Positions 16,365 to 25,441 of a DNA stretch of 38,293 nt are shown piece by piece; position 1 is the first letter of the stretch; each line of letters starts with the position of its first letter. The DNA lies in sequence record DRR723986_6714; one strand, 5' to 3'. The translations under genes and the position numbers were made by a program. The notes beneath the pieces are model-generated. The model ran no database searches. It worked only from the letters and a program-made list of their open reading frames with translations, and had not been told where the DNA came from.

Positions 16365-17228
16365 ATGATCTCCGACAGTCGAACCTATGTGATTGCCGAA
16401 ATCGGTATCAACCATAATGGCGATATCGACCAGGCCCTCGAAATGATCCGCAAGTCGAAGGAGGCCGGGTGCGACGCAGTCAAGTTTCAAAAGCGTACGA
16501 TCGACGTCGTCTATTCCGCTGAAGAGCTGGCACGTCCCCGTGAAAACGTCTTCGGCGCAACGAACGGCGATCTGAAGCGCGGTCTGGAATTCGGCAAGGC
16601 CGACTACGACCGCATCGACAAGCTGTCGAAGGAACTGGGCATCGACTGGTTTGCCTCGCCATGGGACGAAGGGTCAGTCGATTTCCTGCTGGACTACGAC
16701 ACACCCTATATCAAGGTCGCTTCCGCGATGGTGACCGATCGGGATTTCCTGGAGTATTGCGCTCGCAGTGGCCGGCCCTTGCTGGTTTCCACCGGCATGA
16801 GCGACATGGCAATGGTGAAGAGCTTCGTTGACGTGATCGAGCGCTCCGGCGGCGAGATCGCCTGCCTGTACCACTGCACCTCCACCTATCCGACGCGCGA
16901 TGACGAGATCAATCTGCTCGGCATTTCGACCCTGAAGGACGCTTTCCCCCATCTGAAGATCGGTTTTTCCGGTCATGAAGAAGGTATCCTGCCAAGCGTC
17001 TGTGCCGCCGCTCTTGGGGCGTGTTCCATCGAACGGCATGTCACGCTGGATCGCTCGGACTGGGGGTCCGACCAGAAGGCGTCGCTTGAAATGCCGGAAG
17101 TCGCTGAGCTGGTTTCACAGGTGCGCCGTGTGGAAGTGGTCCGGGGTGACGGGGTTCTGCGCTTCTATGAAGACGAGAAGCCGATTGCGGAAAAGCTTCG
17201 CCGGAAAGTCACGCTGCAGGCGGCGTGA
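16365..17228 (+). CDS. N-acetylneuraminate/nonulosonate synthase family protein (NeuB-like, no C-terminal AFP/SAF domain)
   Basis: IAEIGINHNGD, DAVKFQKR, KVASA, STGMS, HCTSTYP, GFSGHE, IERHVTLDR..WGSDQKASLE; only 287 aa. Confidence 0.93.
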   Translation: MISDSRTYVIAEIGINHNGDIDQALEMIRKSKEAGCDAVKFQKRTIDVVYSAEELARPRENVFGATNGDLKRGLEFGKADYDRIDKLSKELGIDWFASPWDEGSVDFLLDYDTPYIKVASAMVTDRDFLEYCARSGRPLLVSTGMSDMAMVKSFVDVIERSGGEIACLYHCTSTYPTRDDEINLLGISTLKDAFPHLKIGFSGHEEGILPSVCAAALGACSIERHVTLDRSDWGSDQKASLEMPEVAELVSQVRRVEVVRGDGVLRFYEDEKPIAEKLRRKVTLQAA

Positions 17229-17246
17229 GACAATTGAGGTATTGGT

Positions 17247-17277
17247 GGGCTGACCTGAACCGGTCGGCCCTTTTTTT
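17247..17277 (+). terminator. Rho-independent terminator inside the neuB cluster
   Basis: GGGCTGACC-TGAACC-GGTCGGCCC-TTTTTTT. Confidence 0.75.
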
Positions 17278-17292
17278 GTTCAAGAGCCATTT

Positions 17293-18042
17293 ATGTCCAT
17301 CATTGACCGCTGCCTGAATCTGTACCGGGGGGAGAGCTATTATGTGGCTTATCCAGCCCGGCCGCTCCCGCAGGACTATTGGGAAGCAAAGACGGATCCG
17401 GACGGCAAGGTCAGGGACATTGAAGCCGAGCGTGATCAGCGCAAGGAAGATGTTCGCTATATCGCGGACTACGTCAACGCACGGTCGCCGGGACGAGTGC
17501 TTGATATCGGCTTCGGCCTTGGCGAACTGCTTGAGCAGCTCACGGGCAAGAACGAGTGTTTCGGCCTGGATCCTTCCGAGAAGGCGGTAGAGGTCGCTCG
17601 CCAATGGTGTTCGGCCGAGCTTCGGCACGGTGTTCTGGAGAAGGGGACGTTTCCTTCAAGCACGTTCGATGTGGTGACCGCCAACCATGTCATCGAGCAT
17701 GTCGACGAGCCGATTCCCTTTGTTGAAACCATCTTCGAGATCCTGAAACCGGGTGGTGACTTCATTTGTGGCACGCCGAATTTCGCTTCAGCGGCCGCCC
17801 GGGTCTACGGTGATCGTTTCCGGTTGCTGCATGACCCAACTCATGTGAGCCTGTTCTCTGACGATTCTCTTGTCAGGCTGCTGCGTGACACGGGATTCCG
17901 CATCGAAATGGTCGAATATCCCTATTTCGGAACGCGTTTTGCCACGCGCGAAACGTTCGACAGCATGGTACGGGCCGACGCGGATGTGTCGCCGGCGTTC
18001 TGGGGATCTTTCGTAACCGTGTTCGCGCGCAAACCAGAGTGA
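17293..18042 (+). CDS. Class I SAM-dependent methyltransferase
   Basis: VLDIGFGLG motif I, FDVVTANHVIEHV, LKPGG, TPN, PTHVSLFS. Confidence 0.88.
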   Translation: MSIIDRCLNLYRGESYYVAYPARPLPQDYWEAKTDPDGKVRDIEAERDQRKEDVRYIADYVNARSPGRVLDIGFGLGELLEQLTGKNECFGLDPSEKAVEVARQWCSAELRHGVLEKGTFPSSTFDVVTANHVIEHVDEPIPFVETIFEILKPGGDFICGTPNFASAAARVYGDRFRLLHDPTHVSLFSDDSLVRLLRDTGFRIEMVEYPYFGTRFATRETFDSMVRADADVSPAFWGSFVTVFARKPE

Positions 18043-18073
18043 TCCCAGCTTCTCCGAGGTGGTTGAGCAGAAA

Positions 18074-19255
18074 ATGAAAATAGTAGCGGCCATTCCTGCC
18101 AGAGGCGGTTCCGTCGGTCTTCCGGGCAAAAACATCCGGCCCTTGAACGGCATTCCGCTTGTCGGCCGGACCGTGCGTGCCGCACGCGGGTCGCGTTTCG
18201 TGTCCGAAGTATTCGTTTCGAGCGATTCAGCGGAAATTCTGACAGTCGGTGAGAAATACGGTGCCAAATCCGTTTTGCGCCCGACCGAACTTTCCGGACC
18301 GACCGCGAGCTCGGAATCCGCGTTGATTCATCTTCTGCAGAACGAGCCAAGCCTTGTCAGCGAACCGCCGGACATTCTGGTTTTCCTGCAGTGCACGGCC
18401 CCATTCACGCAGGCGCATCATGTCGACCATGTTGTGGAAGCGCTGCTGGCCAAGAATGCGACCAGCGCGATCTCGGTGGTCGATGACCATGGCTTCTACT
18501 GGGAAGTCGGCCCCAGCGGTGAAGGCGTCGGTCTCAACCATGATCCGAGCAAACAACGCGTCCGCCGGCAGGATATCTCTGCAAGATACAGGGAAAACGG
18601 TGCCGTCTACGCCATGCGTGTTCCCGAATTCCTGGAAGCGGGCAACCGTTACTGTGGAAAGACGATCCTGGTTCCGGTGGATTCGACCTGGATCGAGATC
18701 GATACTTCGCAGGACTGGGACATGGCCGAGGCTTTCATCCGGTCAGAACCCTTCACCGGTTTCCTGACCGAGACTGAGACCCAGCCCTTGCGGGCGGTGG
18801 TGACCGCCTTTGCCGGTGTGCACACGGACAATACGGTTTTCGTCAATCGAGACGGCACGGAGTCAATCGTCTGCAACCGGTATGATGAAATCGGTCTCGA
18901 CCGTCTGCTTGGCCGCGGCATGATGTTGCTGATGCTGGATCGGGAAGAGGACAGTCTCGCTGTCCAGCGCGCCCGCAAGCTTGCCATGGATTACAAGCAT
19001 CATCTGTTCGACAAGATGGAAACCCTTTCGGACTGGCGCACCAAAAAGGGGCTGGAGTGGTCCGAGATTGCCTATATCGGCGCAGACATTGCGGATCTCG
19101 ACTGCATGAAGGCTTGCGGTCTGAGCATCGCGCCGCGCAATGCGCCGGCTGAAGTGAAGGCAACGGCAACGGTGGTTCTCGAAAGTGCCGGTGGTGCCGG
19201 CGTGCTGAATGAAGTCTCCGAGCTGCTGATTGCACGGGGCATGATTGCCAACTGA
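18074..19255 (+). CDS. Acylneuraminate cytidylyltransferase (NeuA) fused to a degenerate KdsC-like HAD domain
   Basis: IPARGGSVGLPGKN, LQCTAPF, RRQD, YRENGAVY, IEIDT..D; C-terminal VVTAFAGVHTDN...YIGADIADL; alternative GTG start at 18059. Confidence 0.9.
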   Translation: MKIVAAIPARGGSVGLPGKNIRPLNGIPLVGRTVRAARGSRFVSEVFVSSDSAEILTVGEKYGAKSVLRPTELSGPTASSESALIHLLQNEPSLVSEPPDILVFLQCTAPFTQAHHVDHVVEALLAKNATSAISVVDDHGFYWEVGPSGEGVGLNHDPSKQRVRRQDISARYRENGAVYAMRVPEFLEAGNRYCGKTILVPVDSTWIEIDTSQDWDMAEAFIRSEPFTGFLTETETQPLRAVVTAFAGVHTDNTVFVNRDGTESIVCNRYDEIGLDRLLGRGMMLLMLDREEDSLAVQRARKLAMDYKHHLFDKMETLSDWRTKKGLEWSEIAYIGADIADLDCMKACGLSIAPRNAPAEVKATATVVLESAGGAGVLNEVSELLIARGMIAN

Positions 19256-19371
19256 CAGGACCGTCATCACTCCAGGTGGTGACATGGAAGAATTTGGGTT
19301 CGGGGATCGCGATACGTGCAATTTGCAAACGTCTTCGCTCCCCGGGCACCTTGCGACTGAGAAGGTGAAAT

Positions 19372-20274
19372 ATGGCCGTAGACCCACTGCAAAAGAACCT
19401 TTCGGTGTTCGATACGCTGCAGCAGCTCGGCCTTGCATCCCTTGAAACCCAGAGTGTTTTTGCACCCCGGACCCGCGACAAGGAGGGTTTGACCGTCTAT
19501 CGCGACACGGTTTCAGGTGTTGTCTACATCAATGATTACTATGTCGGCGACGAGACCTACGAAGGCGCTGAACACCGCAAGGACGACTTCTACAAGCGCA
19601 TCGACTGGGACTACGAATACCAGCAGGATCAGTACCGGCGTCTGGATGCCTACAAGCAGTTTTATACGGGCAAGACGGTAACCGAGTTTGGATGCTGGAA
19701 AGGGCTTTTCCTGAGAGAGGCCGCCAGTCGTGGTGCCGATGTCACGGGGATCGAGCTGCACAGGGGCTACATCGAGGCGCTGGTTGCCGATGGCTATCGC
19801 TGCGTGGACAATCCAGGCCAGATCTCTCCGGCAACGCAGGATGCGGTCTTTGCCTTTCATGTGCTGGAGCATCTTCCCGACCCGCTTTCAACCTTGCGAG
19901 AGTTGCGCGCACTGCTGACGGACACCGGAACACTGATTGTCGAGGTTCCGCATGCTTCCGATTTCCTGTTGTCCAATCTTCAGAACGAAGCTTTCAAGAA
20001 TTTTACCCTCTGGAGCCAGCACCTTATTCTCCACACCCGCGAAAGCCTGAGGCGGCTGCTTGTCGCTGCCGGCTTTGCGGATGTTGTGATTGAAGGGGTG
20101 CAGCGGTATCCGCTTTCCAACCATCTCGGATGGCTTGCCAACGGCAAGCCCGGTGGCCACAAGTCAAGCCTGTCCGCATTGGAAACACCGGAACTCAGGT
20201 CGGCTTACGAGGCCGCGCTCCGCAAGATCGACGCGACCGATACGCTTGTTGCGATTGCCAGAAAGGCTCGCTAA
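19372..20274 (+). CDS. Class I SAM-dependent methyltransferase
   Basis: VTEFGCWKG motif I-like, DAVFAFHVLEHLPDP, IVEVPH, QRYPLSNHL; RBS AAGGTG. Confidence 0.85.
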   Translation: MAVDPLQKNLSVFDTLQQLGLASLETQSVFAPRTRDKEGLTVYRDTVSGVVYINDYYVGDETYEGAEHRKDDFYKRIDWDYEYQQDQYRRLDAYKQFYTGKTVTEFGCWKGLFLREAASRGADVTGIELHRGYIEALVADGYRCVDNPGQISPATQDAVFAFHVLEHLPDPLSTLRELRALLTDTGTLIVEVPHASDFLLSNLQNEAFKNFTLWSQHLILHTRESLRRLLVAAGFADVVIEGVQRYPLSNHLGWLANGKPGGHKSSLSALETPELRSAYEAALRKIDATDTLVAIARKAR

Positions 20275-20346
20275 GGCGGAGCGGCCAGTTCAACAAACGT
20301 TCGCACTGCTTTGCCGCAGGTTCACTGGCAGCGCCTGCAAAGCTTT

Positions 20347-22203
20347 CTACAGGCCCAGCCGTTCGTTCCGTTTGCCAGGATAACCGGCTGCCAGTTCTTC
20401 ACGCATGACCTGAATGACCTGCGGTACCATCTCCACCGTCGGATGCGTCTCGTCGATGTAGATGTACTTCATGCTTGGATACCAGGGCGGATTGGCCTGG
20501 CCGAGCAACAGGGCGGGTTCCACCGGGCCGAAGCGCACGCAGGGAACGCCAAGAATGCCCGCCATGTCTGCAACACTGGTGTTTGCCGAAACCACAACAT
20601 CGCAAATGGCGGTCAGGTCAGCGGCCGCCATCAGGTCGTTGAAGAGATCGACGTCCGGGAAATAGGTGAACTTTCCTTCCGAGCGGGCCACCAGAAAGTC
20701 GAGCTCCTTTTGCAGGGCCATGTACTGAAGATTGACGTAGATCGCGTCTTCAGCATCAAGGATCGGCGCAAAATCAGGCGCGGACAAGTAATAGCGCGCG
20801 CGGTATTTTTCCAGGTTCCGGGAGCGCCAGGAGACGCCGATAATCGGTTTCTTGTCGGCGTCCGGCAGCCTGCCGAGATATTCGCGGGCCTTTTCCTGGT
20901 TGAATTTGTAGACCGGGTAGGGGGCCTTCTTAAAGCTCTCGAAATCCCGCCGGAAATAGCGTGCAATATCGACCATGTTGGCCGTTATGTCGTAATCCGC
21001 ATCCTCCGGGGCCTGGTCGTCCTTTGGCGTGCCGGGCCTGACAAGGATCTCCGGAAACGAATTCTGGAAGAAGGGAACGGACTTCGCCGACACTTCGAGA
21101 ATGAGCTTTTTCGCTCGCGCCTGGATATCGAGAAACATCGTGCCGCACTTGAGCGCGTCACCAAGCCCCTGGTCGCCCCAAAGCAGCACCGTCTTGTCCG
21201 AGATATCCTCGCCTTCCCATTCCGGCTTTGGAAACTCACGTCGTTGGGAGGTTGCTTTCTTGTCTTCAAAGCGGGCGGCGTGAATGTCCCAACCCGTTTC
21301 GAGGTTCCCCATCGACAGATAGGCGAGCGACAGGTTCCAGTCGAGGCCGGAAATCACGCCACCAGGCGCTTCCTCCTTTGCCTTCTGCAGAATGTCGATA
21401 CTGTCCTGTCCGCGCCCGAGCATCAGGTAATGCACCCCAAGCGTGACCTTGCAGTGATAGTTGCCCGGTGTGCCTCTGACGGCCTCTTCGGCGTATTTCA
21501 GGCCCTCGTGTGCCCTGGAGATCGAGAACAGGACGCGGGCCTTTTCGTGGAGCAGGAGCGGGTTGTCTTTGAAGCGCTCCAGGGCCTTGTCGATCGCCTC
21601 GAGCGAGGCGTCGAACTGTTTCAGTTCAAGGCGGCAACGGGCCTGTTCGATGCAGTTCTCGACGTTGTCCGGTGCGAGTATTTCCGCGCGTTTGAAGAAG
21701 GTAAGCGCTTCCTCGAAACGGTTGTTCTTGCGCAGAAGCAGGCCATAGTTCGTATAAACTTCGCCGTGGTTCGGATTGGAGAGAAGCAGGCTCTTGAAGA
21801 TCGCTTCCGCTTCTTCAACCCGTTGCAGTCCGGTCAGCGCAATTGCCTTGATGTTGAGCGCCTCGCGCTCCTTCGGGTTGAGCGACAGGGCTTTTTCCGA
21901 AACGGCGAGCATGCTTTCCGAATCCGTTCCGATGTCCATCATCGCTCGGGCGAGGTTGGCATAGAACGACGCCTGGTTCGGATTCTGCGCAATTGCCTTC
22001 TGGATGTATTCAACGGCCTTTTTGGGAGATCCCAATTGCCTGTAGGTCACGCCTAGCAGATTGAGCGCATCCGGATTGGTCGGCGCCTTTTTCAATACCA
22101 GCTTGTAGCACCGCTGCGCCTTTTCGATCTCTCCGGACTGATGATAGGACAGCCCCTTGACGAGCTTTTCGCGTAAAGGATTTGGAGCGGTTTGCGTGGC
22201 CAT
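20347..22203 (-). CDS. TPR-repeat protein with C-terminal GT-B (GT9-like) glycosyltransferase domain, FlmG-like
   Basis: N-terminal TPRs (NPDALNLLGVTYRQLG, YTNYGLLLR); W..EDISDKTVLLWGDQGLGD, IGVSWRS, VNLQY, DVVVSANTSVADMAGILG, PPWYPS. Confidence 0.8.
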   Translation of the reverse strand: MATQTAPNPLREKLVKGLSYHQSGEIEKAQRCYKLVLKKAPTNPDALNLLGVTYRQLGSPKKAVEYIQKAIAQNPNQASFYANLARAMMDIGTDSESMLAVSEKALSLNPKEREALNIKAIALTGLQRVEEAEAIFKSLLLSNPNHGEVYTNYGLLLRKNNRFEEALTFFKRAEILAPDNVENCIEQARCRLELKQFDASLEAIDKALERFKDNPLLLHEKARVLFSISRAHEGLKYAEEAVRGTPGNYHCKVTLGVHYLMLGRGQDSIDILQKAKEEAPGGVISGLDWNLSLAYLSMGNLETGWDIHAARFEDKKATSQRREFPKPEWEGEDISDKTVLLWGDQGLGDALKCGTMFLDIQARAKKLILEVSAKSVPFFQNSFPEILVRPGTPKDDQAPEDADYDITANMVDIARYFRRDFESFKKAPYPVYKFNQEKAREYLGRLPDADKKPIIGVSWRSRNLEKYRARYYLSAPDFAPILDAEDAIYVNLQYMALQKELDFLVARSEGKFTYFPDVDLFNDLMAAADLTAICDVVVSANTSVADMAGILGVPCVRFGPVEPALLLGQANPPWYPSMKYIYIDETHPTVEMVPQVIQVMREELAAGYPGKRNERLGL

Positions 22204-22328
22204 CTTCTATCTGCTCTTCGGGAATCACTTGAAGAACAATAGCAGGAAGGGGTCTCAAAGGCAGGCCGACAAGCCAAACTGTCCGGATTACCTTGGGGAT
22301 TGAACCTGAATTTCTTGCTCGAAAGAGC

Positions 22329-22754
22329 TTATTGCCGGCGGAACTGCTGCGACTGGAATTGCTGGCGTTGGTATTGTTGCGGCTGACCCCGCTGCGGCCG
22401 GTAGTCTTCGCGCTGGTATTGCTGGCGCTGATAGTAGGACCTGTTTTGCGGCAAGCCCAGCCGGCGTTGTCTTTCAAGTTGCAAAAGGCGAACTCTTTCT
22501 TCGCGCAATTGCTGAACGCGCTGCGCTTCTTCCAGTTCACGCCTTTCCTGTGCCAGTCGTTGTCGCTCGAGCTCCAGAATCAACATCTGCTGCTGCAGAA
22601 GCGATTGATTGAGTCGCTGTTGCTCGTCGGTGAGCAGGGGGGCAGACGGCAGTTGGATGTTCTGCGAGGACTGCGCGCGAGCGACCGTTGCGGGCGCAAG
22701 GACCGCAAACAACAGGAAAAGTGCCGCAGCTTTTTTGGTCGCGGAGCGAAACAT
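22329..22754 (-). CDS. Secreted Gln/Arg-rich coiled-coil hypothetical protein
   Basis: Signal peptide MFRSATKKAAALFLLFAVLAPATVARA; Q-rich body and tail. Confidence 0.65.
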   Translation of the reverse strand: MFRSATKKAAALFLLFAVLAPATVARAQSSQNIQLPSAPLLTDEQQRLNQSLLQQQMLILELERQRLAQERRELEEAQRVQQLREERVRLLQLERQRRLGLPQNRSYYQRQQYQREDYRPQRGQPQQYQRQQFQSQQFRRQ

Positions 22755-23006
22755 GTCATCCATGCCCAGTGCCGGAGCCAGGGCTTTGCTGGCGGGCAAC
22801 ACGAAACCGGATCACTTCCGGTACGCCCGATCATCAGGATCCGCTCAACGGAACGGATCTGACCAATATACACGCTCACCTTTTGCAGGGCTGGTTTTCA
22901 GGAAAATTTGCCCAGATTTCTGGCAAGAGTTGCAATTGTGGTGAATCGGATCACGGCAAAGTAGTGAAAATTGCGGCAACCGGATCTGGAGGTAAGCAAA
23001 GGAAAA

Positions 23007-23081
23007 TGGTGGGCGATACTGGGATTGAACCAGTGACCCCTCCCGTGTGAAGGGAGTGCTCTCCCGCTGAGCTAATCGCCC
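23007..23081 (-). tRNA. tRNA-Val (anticodon CAC)
   Basis: GGGCGATTAGCTCAGCGGGAGAGCACTCCCTT-CAC-ACGGGAGGGGTCACTGGTTCAATCCCAGTATCGCCCACCA; cloverleaf with encoded CCA. Confidence 0.97.
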
Positions 23082-23104
23082 GTGCCTTGGCGGCTGGTGG
23101 CGCG

Positions 23105-23133
23105 TATCTAGGGCAAATCAACGGCTTGCGCAA
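23105..23133 (-). promoter_or_regulatory. Putative sigma70 promoter of tRNA-Val
   Basis: Minus strand TTGCGC-N17-TAGATA followed by a GC-rich discriminator. Confidence 0.55.
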
Positions 23134-23467
23134 CACCCTTTTTCTGGAGCCGACGTCTGTTGCTGGGGCTCGTCGGTTCTAGCCAATTGCTTTTTGTGCT
23201 GATGCCACGGAAAGAGGGGACCCGCTGTCCCGGGCGAAAATATTTGTCGTCTGACCGGCAATGTCTGGAAAATCGGGGTGCCGTCATGTGGGGCGGCTTC
23301 CTGTCGGCGCGGTCTTCCGTCTGGTGAGGCATTCATCGAGCGGTCGGATCCGGAAGGCTGTCGTATCGCGTGACAGATTATGTCAGGAGCCGTTATCAGT
23401 CTTCGCGAAAAGGCCGTATTTAAAGCGGACGATCGTTTCCGCTGACTGTTTTTTGGAGTGTTTTTAA

Positions 23468-25423
23468 ATGATTGCACGCGTTTCTTCTCTCGCGCTCGTG
23501 GGTCTTTTCCTGCCTGCCGGGGCGTTTGGCGCCGACAATGGGCCCATTACCAGCATCACGCTGTCTTCGGGTGGTCTCGCCGAAGTGGTTCGCAAGGCGG
23601 ATATTGACAGCAGCGGCCTTATCAACATGACGGTCCCGCTCGAACAGGTGAACGATGTGCTGAAGAGCATTGTCGTGTTCGACGAGGCAGGCGTTGTCGA
23701 GGGCATTACTCTTCCCGGCCCGAACCCGCTGGCGGAAACCTTCAAGAACCTGCCGTTCACCGTTGAGGACCTGCAGTCGCCCGCGCGCCTTCTGGCAAAA
23801 CTGCAAGGAACGCGCGTGCGTCTGGAAAAGGCCGGGTCCACGGTCGAGGGTCTCGTTCTCGGCGTGTCGGTGCAGGATGACGGCGACAGGGGGCAGTCCT
23901 TTGTCATTTCGGTTCTCAGTGATGGTCGCATCACCGGTGTCGGCCTGTCCGCAGATACCGAAGTCACGTTTCTCGATGAAGACATTCAGCAGAAAGTTGC
24001 CAAGGCCTTGTCGGCCGTTGGCAACGGCAAGTCGGACGGCGCGCGAACCGTTGCCTTGAAAGTGGCAGGCGAGGGCGAGCGTGAAGTCGCGGTTTCCTAC
24101 GTCGTGCCGGCTCCCATCTGGAAGACGGCTTACCGCGTGGTGACGATGGCCGATGACAAGGCCCGGCTGCAGGCCTGGGCCGTGCTTGAAAACGCCAGCG
24201 GCGAAGACTGGGACGATGTCAGGATAACGCTGTCTTCCGGCGCACCGGTAACGCTGAAACAGCGGCTCCACGATCTTTACTGGAAGCAACGGCAGGAAGT
24301 GCCGGTGGATGTGTCCAGCGGCTATGTGCCTCCTGTCGACATGGGGGCGGAACCGCAGTTTGATGTTGCCGAGAGCGAGGCCCGCATGCCGGGCGCGGCG
24401 CGTTCCAGCTTCATTGGCTCGGCGGTTGCGCCGGAAATGGTTCTCAACATGGCCGCTGCCAATGTCGGCGAGGTGAGCGAAGGCGCGGTCACCGCGTCCT
24501 TCACAATTCCATGGCCTGTCGACCTTGAAAGCGGGGAAACCCTGTCGGCACCGATCGTCGACAAGGTCGTATCCGCCGAAACGGTTTCCGTATTCCAGCC
24601 TGAAAGCGGCCTGCAGCATCCCATCGCTGCGATCCTGATCAAGAACGAGACCGAAACCAGCCTGCCACAGGGCATCCTGACGGTTTATGACGAAAAGGAA
24701 GGATATGTCGGTGATGCGCAGATCAGCGGCATGCCTTCGGGCGAAAGCCGCATGGCAAGCTTTGCGACCGACAAGAAGGTCAGGATTGCACAGTCAACAT
24801 CTGCCGACAGCCAGATCGTCTCGATCAAGGTCAATGACGGGGTTCTGAACGCGATGGTGCGCGAGCGATCCTCGACGCAATACGCGATCAAGGGAGCCCC
24901 GGACGGTGACCGCACGATCGTCATCGAGCATGCCAAACGTCCCGGGTGGCAGTTTTCCTCCGAGCAGGAATTGGACAGCACCGCAACGCACCACCGTTTG
25001 AAGGTGGAAGTGCCAGCGGGAACAACGGAAACGGTTTCCGCCCTGCAGGAGCGGACCTTGTCGGAGACCTATTCGCTGATCTCCACCGATGCGAACCAGC
25101 TGCTTTATCTCTCCAGGCGTTCGCCGGACAAGGAAACCGCTGGAAAGCTGAAGGAACTGTCGGAGCTGCAGAACGAGATCGCGCAGATCGAGCGCCAGAT
25201 CCAGCGCTTGCGGCTGGAAAAGGATGAGGAGAGCCGGGATCAGGAACGCCACCGGGCCAACCTGGCGGCTCTGGAGCCGGGGGCCGATCTCTACAAGCGT
25301 GCCGCCCGCAAGCTGGAGGAAAGCGAAACCCGGATCGAGGATGTCGATACGGAAATCGCGGCACTATCCGTGCGCCGGGAAGAAATCCGTGAAACCCTGG
25401 GCGATGCCATCAGGACGTTCTGA
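23468..25423 (+). CDS. DUF4139-domain exported protein with C-terminal coiled coil
   Basis: Signal peptide (AFG-A); ITLSSGGLA, NDVLKS, SYVVPAPIWKTAYR, LQAWAVLENASGEDW, YVGDA motifs. Confidence 0.82.
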   Translation: MIARVSSLALVGLFLPAGAFGADNGPITSITLSSGGLAEVVRKADIDSSGLINMTVPLEQVNDVLKSIVVFDEAGVVEGITLPGPNPLAETFKNLPFTVEDLQSPARLLAKLQGTRVRLEKAGSTVEGLVLGVSVQDDGDRGQSFVISVLSDGRITGVGLSADTEVTFLDEDIQQKVAKALSAVGNGKSDGARTVALKVAGEGEREVAVSYVVPAPIWKTAYRVVTMADDKARLQAWAVLENASGEDWDDVRITLSSGAPVTLKQRLHDLYWKQRQEVPVDVSSGYVPPVDMGAEPQFDVAESEARMPGAARSSFIGSAVAPEMVLNMAAANVGEVSEGAVTASFTIPWPVDLESGETLSAPIVDKVVSAETVSVFQPESGLQHPIAAILIKNETETSLPQGILTVYDEKEGYVGDAQISGMPSGESRMASFATDKKVRIAQSTSADSQIVSIKVNDGVLNAMVRERSSTQYAIKGAPDGDRTIVIEHAKRPGWQFSSEQELDSTATHHRLKVEVPAGTTETVSALQERTLSETYSLISTDANQLLYLSRRSPDKETAGKLKELSELQNEIAQIERQIQRLRLEKDEESRDQERHRANLAALEPGADLYKRAARKLEESETRIEDVDTEIAALSVRREEIRETLGDAIRTF

Positions 25424-25441
25424 TGTCTGACAGAACCTGCC

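Noticed and set aside
20311-22056. 581-aa plus-strand ORF
   Set aside because: Antisense shadow of the TPR-glycosyltransferase, typical of high-GC codon bias.
22293-22862. 189-aa Leu-rich plus-strand ORF that looks like a membrane protein
   Set aside because: The Leu runs are the reverse complement of Gln codons (CAG/CTG) of the minus-strand gene, which has a proper signal peptide.
23007-23081. tRNA-anchored genomic island or prophage
   Set aside because: No integrase, no full 3'-end duplication and no phage genes in the window.
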